32,916 bases of DNA from Craspedostauros australis (lineage: Eukaryota). Below the pieces are notes generated by a model. The model worked only from the letters and a program-made list of their open reading frames with translations. It ran no database searches and was not told the DNA's origin. Shown here piece by piece: positions 12,701 to 23,361 of the stretch; the first letter of the stretch is position 1; every line of letters starts with the position of its first letter. The stretch covers positions 1 to 32,916 of the forward strand of contig JALAGF010001461.1 of assembly GCA_030167865.1 (NCBI GenBank), written 5' to 3'. The position numbers and the translations under genes are program-made.

Positions 12701-15041
12701 CCGCGGAGTCCGACCAACGCGCAGCATGGATGATTCCAATCTCGTCCTTCGCAACCGCCCTGGACGTGGCAACTCGCGCTCCAGATCGTTGGAACCGCAG
12801 CGCATGAACGGCCTGCGTCGTACCAAGAGCTTCGATCCCACCGACTCCACCTCGCCGCCATCCCGGAATCGAGCCGGCCAAAATGGACGAGGCGTTCGCT
12901 CCACGCAGAGCATGGACGTCATCTCGAAACGCAGTGCTCGCAGCGCTGCGAGCCATCGGTCACGCAGCCGATCCCCGAATCCTCAACGCCGCGTTATCCA
13001 ATCCACCCGCAGTTTGCCCATGCCCAGTCTGTCCAACTCTTCGCGCGGTCGCAACAAAAAGAAGCGTTCCTCCCAGCATTCCAGCGGGTCGACATCCTCC
13101 ATCGAAAGCGACGATTCCGACCTCGACTCCGACGATGACAGCAGCTCAAACGACAGCGACGATGGAAGTGAATTCGCGTACAACAGCAATCACGCCAAGA
13201 AGGCAATGTCCACATCGGCTCTCGTTCGTAACAGCACCCATTCCAAGGCGAGCATTGGCAAACGCAGCGCGCACAGGCCGCAAAAACCCAACAGTAGCAA
13301 CACCGACAAGGCAGGCAGCGATCGGGTGCTGGCCTCGGGTCGATTCAAATTGGAAGATTTTGAAGAGGAGGGCTCGCAGAGCGATAGTGACTGCAGCAAT
13401 GAATTAGCAGATGACGCGCAGTGCAACCGTTCCGTTTCCAGCGGTGCGCGCCGCGCCAAAAAGGGAACGAAGTTGAAAAAGAAGCGACAGGCCGACGCAC
13501 GATCTGCTGTGCACACCAAGGATTCCGGCAGTGACGTCTCGGGGAACAAGAGATTCAAGCCCAAGCCCATGAAAACGTCGAAGCACTCGCCTGTTCGCAA
13601 CAGTTCCACGGACAGCACCGAGGCCATACCTCGCAAGACGAAGTCACTGGATGATATCCGTTCTCCAACCTCGCAGCCCCCCAAGACCAAGCCAGCGAAA
13701 CCCAACCAGCCGGCAGATGACAAGCCAATGTTCAAAACACCAGGCAACAAGAAGAAGAAAATTGGCAAGGCCGGAACGAAGAAGAAAAAGAAGATCAGGG
13801 CCAAGGCCACAGGCGCTGGCACGGATGATGGCAGCAAGCAATCCAAGTCCACTAGCAACACTAGGGGCAGCGCGTCCGTCGGCAAGGTAAAGCGCAAAAA
13901 GGTGCTCGGCGATGGCAAGCAGCAGCCGAAGAAGTCGCCACCACCGCCCAAGAAGAAGACGAGCAAGGAATCGGTGACTAGCACGACAAGCGCAACCTCC
14001 AGCAGTCACGCTTCCAACCAGCCCGGCGTTGGCAGAGGCCGAGGCCGAGGTCCGAACAACACTGTTCCGCGCAGAGTGCCAAGCAAGGCATCTCAAATGC
14101 AAAAGGTGTCGGGCAAGGAGGATGAAGACAAACAGATCCCACCAAACCCGTCATCCAACAGGTCAGATCCAAAATCACACACTCGTACACATGGCCCCAA
14201 TGCGAGTAGAAGCAGGAGCCGGAGTAGGAGCCGCGGTCGCGGTCGCAGTAGTTCCCGCTCCATCGGCAGCCACGGCAAAGTTGGCCGAAGTGCGACGTCA
14301 TTCGGCGCTGTCGATTCCAACAATTTTGATCCCGAGTTCATGCCGAAGGAAGAAATGGACAAGTACCTGGCATCGCCAAAGTTCGAAAAGGAGTTGCTGC
14401 AAGTCGTTCCAATGAATGCCAACGAAGGCGGCGACGTGCTCAAGACCATGCGAGACAAGAAATACTTGGACCGCCTCGCTGCATCGAACGGGACACATCG
14501 GCTGAGGGGCGGTGCACCGTTGGCACCCAAGCGAAAGCCATCGGACGAGTTTGCCCCGCCTATCGCAGGACCAAGACGCAAGGCACCTGGTCGCAGCAAG
14601 TCATCTGATTTTGTGGAACGTCGCAAACCGCCTGGCCGTAGCAAGTCGTCAGACTTCGTGGAACGTCGAAAGCCACCTCCCAAGACCAAGTCGATGGATT
14701 ATGGCAAGCACGGAAAGATCAAGTTCAGCCGCCGCTTCTCCTCTGGCGGTTCTTCGTTGGGTGGTGATAACAACCACAATCCCGGTAGCAACAACGGGGG
14801 CAATTCAGATGGCCACAACGACGACGACGCCTCTCAAGAGTCCAGCATCTACCAGAAGCCACCGTCTTTACGAAAGGGCGAGAGGAGGAAGGTCGGCTTG
14901 CCGCTACCGTCCACAGGTCGTGGTGCTGTGGGTATCAGCGGCAACAACAGCAATGGGAACAGACTTCATTCGCATCTGGACAAGGGCGGTAAGGCCATGT
15001 CCGATGTTCGCAAGATGAGACTTGGCATCCAGACGAATTAG
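9736..15041 (+). CDS. Large single-pass membrane protein A, join(9736..11104,11485..15041), about 1641 aa: beta-rich N-terminal region, one TM helix, long disordered Ser/Arg/Lys-rich tail
   Basis: ORFs 9667-11112 and 11340-15041 join in frame across a GTGAGT...GCAG intron, giving ...GAD-E-YECPLTMPQC. Homologous throughout the folded part to 16837-22820 (GTVFTI/GAMFTV, RVYSVY/RVYSIY, GRFHY, LIRYT, LATGxFV, LNxLQRRYxEQ, YRPGEIN). TM segment WKIVAIVGLVVGLLWLLVQLW at 12240-12302. The start codon (caccATG 9736) is uncertain. Confidence 0.85.
11105..11484 (+). other. Spliceosomal intron, 380 bp, phase 1
   Basis: Donor G|GTGAGT at 11105 and acceptor pyrimidine-rich ...cccctgCAG| at 11484. Splicing restores the frame, and the paralog has an intron at the same position. 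Confidence 0.85.
14574..14699 (+). repeat. Coding tandem repeat, 45-bp / 15-aa unit x about 2.8 (RRKxPGRSKSSDFVE)
   Basis: Translates as RRKAPGRSKSSDFVE RRKPPGRSKSSDFVE RRKPPPKTKSMD. Confidence 0.9.
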
Positions 15042-16836
15042 CGTACCTCCAAAGCGTGCAGCTAACCAGGCGCGCAGGTGAATGCGTCACATTGACGGAA
15101 GCGGAAGCGGACGCTAGAGGGCGGCTGCATGTGGAGAATCACAGCGACATTCGAGTTTGCAGATTTGACATGGAAGTAGTCTCGCAACTCCTGCGTTTGG
15201 TACCCATATGGTACCACACATACGAGGACATAGAAAGACAGAGAGGAATTGTAGTATGTATTTTATGTCCTTGCGGATACGCACATGATTGCTTCAATTC
15301 TCTGTAAATCGAGGCGTCTGTAGCTAGTGGACTACTACTGATGCGTGCCTGTCGCCGATACTCGCTGGCACGGTGGCCGAGAGGACAAGCGCATCTTTAT
15401 CGAGTAGTTCGTTTTTGTAGTCGTTCTGGTAGCTCGTGCTTGGCGGGAGTCGATTCTGGTTTCGAGGATTCACTCGTGTTCGTCGACGTCGTTTGGAGTT
15501 CTGCGCATTGGTTGGAGCATGTGTGTTGCCGTAGCTCGAAACAGTGCTTTTGTTCGACGTGTTGGCGCGTGTGGTTGGTGGAGAACGCCGAAAGTCGCAA
15601 CAGGCGCAACTGAATTGTTTTTCCGTGATGTCAGTGGGAGAATTGTTGGTCATGACTTCTGTCCGACGGCATCAATGTCACTGTCCTTAGCAGCAGATTT
15701 GAATTTTAGCCATTGTTAGCACGTTTGATTCGACACACGCCAGGGACAATTTTCCTTTCGGACAATAAGTGACAATGCCGCCGTCGGCCATAAGTGGAAC
15801 GTGTGTTTTTCTGGTCACAAAACGAAATGCGAAAATCCACACTGTGGCAGCGTGCAGCGTGGTGGGTTGCGTGGACGATGGATGGAGGAGTTGGCGGGAG
15901 CAAACCGCCTTGATGTCCGGAAAGCAGGACAGGACGGTGTTTGGCAAAGCGGAAACGGGAGAGACCGAGGATGGAGGAAGAGAGAAGAGTTCAGCAAGGG
16001 GGAGGAAGACGGGGGAGCATCGCGAGAGATTGGATGAGGTGAGAAGAAAGGCGGAGGAGGAACCTTGGGAAGAAACCCCACAGAGGTGCAGAGAGAGAGA
16101 GAGAAAGACGCCGAAGGCATAATTGAAGGGCATCGGCGCGGACAGAGATTTCCTCCACAAATCGAGCAAACAAGGGAACCAGATTGGGAAGACCTCTGAA
16201 TCCGCATTGGCATTTCATACCTACCTGTACCCACACCTCATCCTTGTGCCTCCGAATTCCAGCCTCGTGCCACAAACTCTCGTTCCACCGCAAGGGAGCA
16301 AATCAAAAGTCGAGTCGAGCCTGGAACAGAGAGGACTTGAGGTCGCTGCCCCACTTGTGCGAGCACCTGCAGTGTTCACAGAGTCAAGCGCTCTTCACTT
16401 GCTCATCCATCCAAGGGACTTCCGCGCCATCACGGGCGCAATCACGAACACAATCGAAGAGAAGAGCACTCGGGACGTGCTTCATTGCTGGGTTGAGAGA
16501 GAGAGGGAGAAGGCGGGGCCGCCATCCACATCACCATCGCGAAACCGAAAGCGCCGCCGAAGAAGCTATTGCTCAAGCACATCCAACACAAAGTCGAAGA
16601 CTGGAGGAATTCAATTCCTTCGTGGGGTCGATGACCACAGCCGAATACCTTTCTGACAGAGCAATTGCAACCCATCATCTTCATCAGTGTCGAAGAGGTA
16701 GCCAGGAACGAAGGAAAGAAGCAAGTACAGCAAGCAACTCTTTGCTTCTACGAGCCACCAGCATCATTTGCGGACGAGTACAAGTCGCAATCAGAAGAGA
16801 CAAGTCGCACGATCTCAAGGAACACAACGAGCACAG

Positions 16837-19800
16837 ATGGGGCCACGACACCGTCACAATCCACAATCATCAGCACAATCATCAGCATCAGCATTCCATT
16901 CGTCATCGACAACAGACTTGTCAACGATGTCACAGTCCATCGACTCCCTGACAAGTGCCCATCGCACCGACACGGTCATCCCTGCATCAGAACCATCGAC
17001 ATCGACGTCTCATCCCCTCCACGAGGGTTTCGCACAGGATCCACAGCCCGTTTCAGCAACAGAGCCAACCTCGAGCAATAGCATCCATTCCATCAATGCA
17101 ATCAATGCAATCAATGCAATCTCACATGCCCACACACAGACCATCAGCAACTCCAGCACCAAAGGCAACACCAATCCCAATCCCAACAGAAATACAAATA
17201 GCAACTCCGGCATGCACTTGGACGCATCCGATGATGCCCTTAGTGCTGGCGCGGCTACTATGACAGCCCCCAGCAGTCAAACTCCATTGCATGAATACCA
17301 ACAGCAATATGAACCACAGACCAGGAGGCGGCTCGACGAGGTGCAGAAGGTCAATGACGAGAACTGCCGCCTCACGACCTCCATGTCCACCCCATTTCCA
17401 GGGAGCGAAGAGCACTCCGGCGCCATGTTCACCGTGCTCGCTGCCCAAGATATCCGCTTGGTCACTCTGGAGCTGGACGTGGCCATCGAACCCAGCAACG
17501 ATGCTGCCAAAGCCGACGTCCCCATCGAGGTGTACATTCGCAACGGCCCATACTCGGACGCTATTGCACGAAACAGAGCTTCGTGGAAACAGCTCACGTC
17601 ACCGAACACCCGAGTCACACCGGTCATCATGCCGAACGGACCAGGCGTCATCATCCCGCTCTCGAACATCCAATCCTACCCGATCGCCGCTGGTCGGGTG
17701 TATTCCATCTACGTTGCCGCTCCCAACTCCTCCAAGGTCAGGCTCCTGCCTCCGCGCAACCAGAACGACAGACCTGGAACCGTTCACTCCAAAGACGACC
17801 GGCTCACTGTCTACTTCGGCGTGGGCATCAACAACCGTGCCGAGGCCGCTGCATTTCCCGCTACCGTCACAACATCGCCAACGGCAGCGTTCGCCGGACG
17901 GTTTCACTACAACACCATCGAACCTTGCACCGAAGCGCGTGCCAGAACGCAGGTGCAGCTTGAGTTCGCCGTCGACACTTACGCCAGCGCCGCTTTGAAG
18001 CGTCTCAACGAAGCCCTGCAGGACACCCTGGTGGCTATCCAGGTCTTGAACCCCACCCTCATCCGATACACACGTTTCCAAATGCTCGACCTACAGGACG
18101 TCCAGTCAACTTATTGGCCCCGCAACAACAGCAACAAGAGGGATTTTGGTAAGTCGCGTGAAAACATGCTACAGTGTCATCGTTTGCGCATGCGTATCGC
18201 ACTTACGTACATGATATGGCTTGGTATTGTATGGCATGCGCGAAGATATCTCATTTGGGAGAGGCGCTTGATGTACCCGCAGCAAACGCTGGCACCACAT
18301 AACATTCCAAACCATTGGCAGATCCGCCTCTTTCAATTACACAATGCTGTCGCAACTCCCGCAACTCACGAAATATGTCGTGGCAACCACTCTACTACGA
18401 TTGACTTCCTTCCTTTCCACCACGCTGCACCACAACATGCCACGCCACGCTACCTACGTGCCATACGGTAGACAAGAAATGTCCCGAATCATTCACGAGC
18501 TGCGAGTTGATCACAGCGAACATTTCCTACCTGCACTCCGTGTCCTTACCGCCGGGTGATCTGATCGCTGCCATCTTGGAGAACGATGAAATCATCGCTG
18601 ACAGTGTCGTCGCAACGACATCGTCATCCGTCTCGAGATCATCGTCAACCGTGGTGGCCTCTGCGTCATTGCGCGGTGCGGCAAATGACAGCGGCACCCA
18701 AGAGATGGACACAGAGGGCATCGAAAGCCCTGTCATCGTTGAAAAGGCGTCCGGTTCGGGTGCTATTGCTACGTCAAACTCGAAGGCCAACTACGCATAC
18801 GTCGGGGAGTCATTGGCCACGGGGGATTTTGTCTTCACCCTCCAGCCGGTGCCGTACGATTTGCAACTCAATGCCCTGCAAAGACGGTACATGGAGCAGA
18901 CAATCACCAAGTTCTTCATGGAACGATCCGATGCACCCATCTGGAAGACAGCCATCACCGTGCAGGTGCCCGAAAGCGTCGCGGTTTCTGGTCTCGTCTC
19001 TTCCAAATCCCTCGTCACCAATGATGGCGGCAATGAAACCGACAGCAGTGCGGGAGGTGGATTGCGAGGCCGAGCTCGCATTCTGCAAGATGAGTCGACT
19101 CCCGAGTTCGGATACACGCAAATCGGGATGAAGATCACAGCGCAGGGCACGTCGCCGGGGTTGCGTAGCGACGTATTGGAGACCATGAACGATCACAATG
19201 CGTACCTCTCCCAACTCCTTTCGAGAGAATTTTACCGACCGGGTGAAATCAACTCGCTCGATTCAGGCCGTGTCTTCGCCGACATCAACCAAACCAGCGT
19301 CATCATCCAGCCACTGGATTTTGGAAAGAACATTACGGTCGCGACCGTCCCTGAGGATTCTGGTGCGCAAACCTACCCTGCATGGATCTACATCTCGACC
19401 GGTGGGCTCATCGTTGGCATCCTCTGGTTGGCGTACGTGGTTTGGAATGACTTCCTGCGAGACCAGTGGGTTGGAAGGTATCTAAATACTTCCAAGACCG
19501 TTGGCGAACGAACGGATAGCTCGGAAGAGACCGCATCCAAAGATGCAGCCCAGACAACAGCTGGACTCTTGGATCCAAATCGATTCAATCAAGACGACAT
19601 GGCATTGATCAATTCCTCGGCCATCAGGATTACGCGGCCCCATGTTACTCGTTCAAGGTCCATGCAGGGCCTCTTGGACATGAGTTTGGGCCTCAGCGCC
19701 GGCCCGCGAAGCCCGGACGGTTCGCAAGACTTTGCAAGCAACGAAAGTCGCCGACCCCAACTGGTCCGGCGCAAATCCTTCGGCGGAAGCTGCGAAAGCT

Positions 19801-22800
19801 TGCTATCGAATCGTGGACCACCCCCTGGTCGCACACCTGGTCCAAATCAACACCATCACTGCCACCCTCGCCATCACCCAGCGTCAAGATCAGGAATGCA
19901 GAAGCAACGTAGCTTCGATCAGCTCTATCCATCCTCTCGACACATGATAGGGCATGTGGAACCGTCACTGCCTCCGCCCACGGTTGATCACAATCGGCAA
20001 TTCCATCACGACCGCCAGGTCGGAGTACGGAAGGAAGCGGACCGTCGGCGGCCAAGTTTCGATAACTTTCTGAAGGGTATGATGGGCCAAACTAAGGGCG
20101 CGGAAACCACGTCATCGGCACCGCCACCGCCACCACAGCACCATCAGCCAAAGCAGTATCAACAGAAGCAGCATCAACAGAAACAACAAAATAGTCACCC
20201 TCGCCAGTCAATCCAAACCGTGCACGCCCGTTCCTCCGTCGGAGGGCAGTCAATGTTCGCAGCCGCCCCCAACAAGAGCCCTCAATTCGTTGGAGATTGT
20301 GATGACTGGCAAAATCCATCAGCCTTCAATGCCAAGTCCTTGGATCGTCGTAAGCGCAATGCGCGCCGCGACTCGACGGAGTCATCCGACTCGGACAAAA
20401 GCCAGAGCGTGCGACTCATGGATGAACTGTCGTCCAGGTCGCTGTCCACAAAGGGGAGCTTGGTCCAGGATATCGCCTCCCGTGACCTGAACGATAAATC
20501 AAGCCGGCATTCCAACGGCTCCAAACCGGAGCTCGCCAAGGCCCCGAGCTACATGGTCAAAAGCAAGAGCAAGCCTACCATCCATGGTGGCCCGAAGGCA
20601 GCAGGCAAACCGGACAGGTCACGGGGCAAATTGATGGAGCAAATCCCCGCAAAAACGAATCCATCAGCCACTGCGTCAGATTCAGACTACGATAGCGCCA
20701 GCGATGATACCGAAGACAGCGCCATCAATACTCAACTTGACACACTCTCGAGTTGCGAGACTCTGCTGTCACGGGCATCGGGTGGAAAGAAGAATGCTGA
20801 CGTACTGAAGAAGAAGAAGTTGACGTTGAAGATCGTAAAGTCCAGCAAGGAAGCTACCAACGTGAAGGTCAATACCAGGTGGAAATCTGTGTCGAAACTC
20901 GAAGATGCAGGAGTTTCTGTCACCAAGACGCCGATCAGCTCCAGCACCAAGCTGGACAATGAGGCAAAGTCACCCCGAACCTTCCTGGATACAAGCGCAT
21001 TCCAATCAGACGAATTCACGCCATCGGGATCCGTGGCGACAGGCACACATCTTGTCGACTCAGGGCGGTACCTGAAGGTGGGCGACAGCTTTTCCGATTC
21101 ATCATCCTTGATCTACGGCAAGACACCCAGGAACAAGAGGGGCGATGCTTCGATCCGAAGCGATGTCAGCAAGCAAAGTGCGCTACTGATGAACGCTGGA
21201 TCGGGTTCACCGGAGTTGAGTCCAAGGTTGGACTCCTCCGAGCCGCTCATCAAATCGCCTGCCGGGTCCACCAGCACCCACCGAGGCAGACGACACGCTC
21301 ACGAGTCTGCCTCGTCGAATGCGAGGAGCAAATCAAAAGACCGCTTGAGCACACAATCGAAAGCTCCGAAGCGATCAAAATCTCGCGACAAGCTGTCCAA
21401 GTTCCAACCATCGAAGAGTTCGACGGCTGCTGTGGACCCATCCACAGCCACGTCGTCACTCCACTCCAAAAGCGGTGTTTCTGCGAAGGGTAAAAAGAAA
21501 AGTGAGAGCGAGGGCAAGAAGCTCAAGCGGTCGTCATCCAGAGATAGATTGGCGAAGGTCAGGCCCAAATCGTCATCTTCGGTATCGCAGCAATCGCTCG
21601 TTGGGAATTTGGATGAATTCATGAGCGCGGACACGAAGCAGCGTGGTAAGTCCGGCAGGAAAGATGCCCGCAGCGTTGCTAGCATGAGATCGCAACAAAG
21701 CCGTGGCACAGGACGCCCGAGCCACCACCGCCGTGATAAGCCCATGAAGCGAAGCCGTTCGCGGCAAGACATGGACAGCGGGTCTGTTGCACGCTCTGTG
21801 GCCAGTACGGATATGATCCGACGTGACGACAACGCAACATCTCACAGTCGGAGGAGCCTCCAGCCAACGCAGAGCGGCAAGATGCGCCCGCGAGGACGTC
21901 GCGATGCCCGGAGCAAGAGTCCTTCCCGCATGGAACCGCCCCAGATGACTCGCGGTCGCAGCCGAACAGATCTAGCACGCAGCCGAGGCCGTAGCCCCCA
22001 CGACCGATGCCGCAGGCCAAGCCTGGACTCAACAAGGTCATTTGACTTCCAGCAGGATGATCGCACAGTGGGAAGCCGAGCAAGCGTTCAGTCCGGCATC
22101 AGCCGCGATAGTGGAGGGCGAAGTCGCTGCTCGCGCAGCCCGTCGGGGCGACGACGTCGTCCGAGCATCCAGATTGATCTAGCGTTTGGTGATTCCTACG
22201 GGGACCTGAGGGATTCAACTACCCACAGCCGAACTAGCGTTCAGTCTATCGGAGCCAGGCAGAGCTCTGCGGACAATTCCCAAAGACGAGCGCGATCCAA
22301 GAGCCCAGGCCGACAGATATTCCGCCATGGCAACAGCCACGCGCAAGAGCGCAACCAACACGCAAACCATGAGGAGTTCGACTGGAATCCTGGTCGGATT
22401 GGCCGCAGGAGCTCTCATGGTCGGATGGACGAGAGAGATTTCAAACACGCTCATGGTCACAGCCATCACCAAACACAGCAGCAGCAACAACAGCTACAGC
22501 AGTACTCGAGGCCTTCAGGGTCGGGTTCTGGGAGGCCAAGGCAGCATGCAGGTCAAGGATACGGATCTTCCTACGCGACAGCTGCGTCATCTGCCTCAAC
22601 TCGAATTGATATGGCAGGGCTAAGCCATCAATCGAGCCGCGGCTCGGGATCCAGGCACTCTCGCTCTTCCTGGGTGTCCCCGTCGTACCAAGTGTCGGCA
22701 TCATCAGCCCAGCAACCTCAGCTGGACGATAGCGGCACATTCTCATCCGACGATTCTGGCATTCATGAACCGTTCGGATCGTCGTTGGCGGTCATGTCCC

Positions 22801-22820
22801 CAACGTACGAGTACTATTGA
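16837..22820 (+). CDS. Large single-pass membrane protein B, join(16837..18148,18472..22820), about 1886 aa, tandem paralog of protein A
   Basis: ORFs 16768-18471 and 18507-22820 join in frame across a GTAAGT...TAG intron, giving ...KRDF-D-KKCPESFTSCELITANISY, which matches EYECPLTMPQCSIGIATVPY of paralog A. TM segment WIYISTGGLIVGILWLAYVVW at 19383-19445. The start could instead be ATG 16927. Confidence 0.85.
17092..17121 (+). repeat. 9-bp tandem repeat (ATCAATGCA) x3.3, encoding INAINAINAI
   Basis: atcaatgcaatcaatgcaatcaatgcaatc. Confidence 0.9.
18149..18471 (+). other. Spliceosomal intron, 323 bp, phase 1
   Basis: Donor G|GTAAGT at 18149 and acceptor TAG| at 18471. Splicing restores the C-P-x5-C motif shared with paralog A. 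Confidence 0.85.
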
Positions 22821-23095
22821 GAATCTCGCAGTCCCCAGCCAGGTTTCATGCAAGCTTGGAACTGACTGATTTGTTGTGCTCTGCCACTTACCTGTATTAC
22901 AATACAGGATAGGGCCCAACCACAGTTGCGATGCCAACCAATTGAATTAGGTTGGATCGAATTGCAACAGAACGATCCTGTTTCCACTCCGTCGGTGACT
23001 CACATTGACACTTGTTGCTGCTCGCCACTCACGCACAGCACCAGCAAAATACAGCGCAGTGCAGTGCAGCACAGAAAAACAAAACTATACATCGC

Positions 23096-23122
23096 ATAAT
23101 AATAATAATAATAATAATAATA
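23096..23122. repeat. (AAT)8 microsatellite between convergent 3' ends
   Basis: ataataataataataataataataata. Confidence 0.95.
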
Positions 23123-23361
23123 TCGTCCAATAGAAGCTTACCTCATGAGACCGCGTCTTAGTTTGTGAACGGCAGCGCGTGGATCGAGTGCCTGATCTTC
23201 GCTACGATGAGCCCGTCGGGGGTGGTCTTTGCTGGTTGACTATCTGATTGATTCTCTGTGATGATCGATTTCTACATTAGTATTGAACGCCCAGGTGGAA
23301 AAGTGTGAATATGTTCGTCTCGGCGTCGACTGCTGTCGGATGATTTTGGCTTCGATGGCCT

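Noticed and set aside
13190-13984. 264-aa hydrophobic antisense ORF and other long antisense ORFs over genes A, B, phoD and GT61
   Set aside because: Shadow frames of GC3-rich, Lys/Ser-rich coding sequence, with no independent motifs.
15056-16760. ORFs between genes A and B (for example 16123-16656, 16184-16951)
   Set aside because: Low-complexity UTR/promoter-like sequence with GA and CA runs, non-ATG starts, and no homology to anything in the window.
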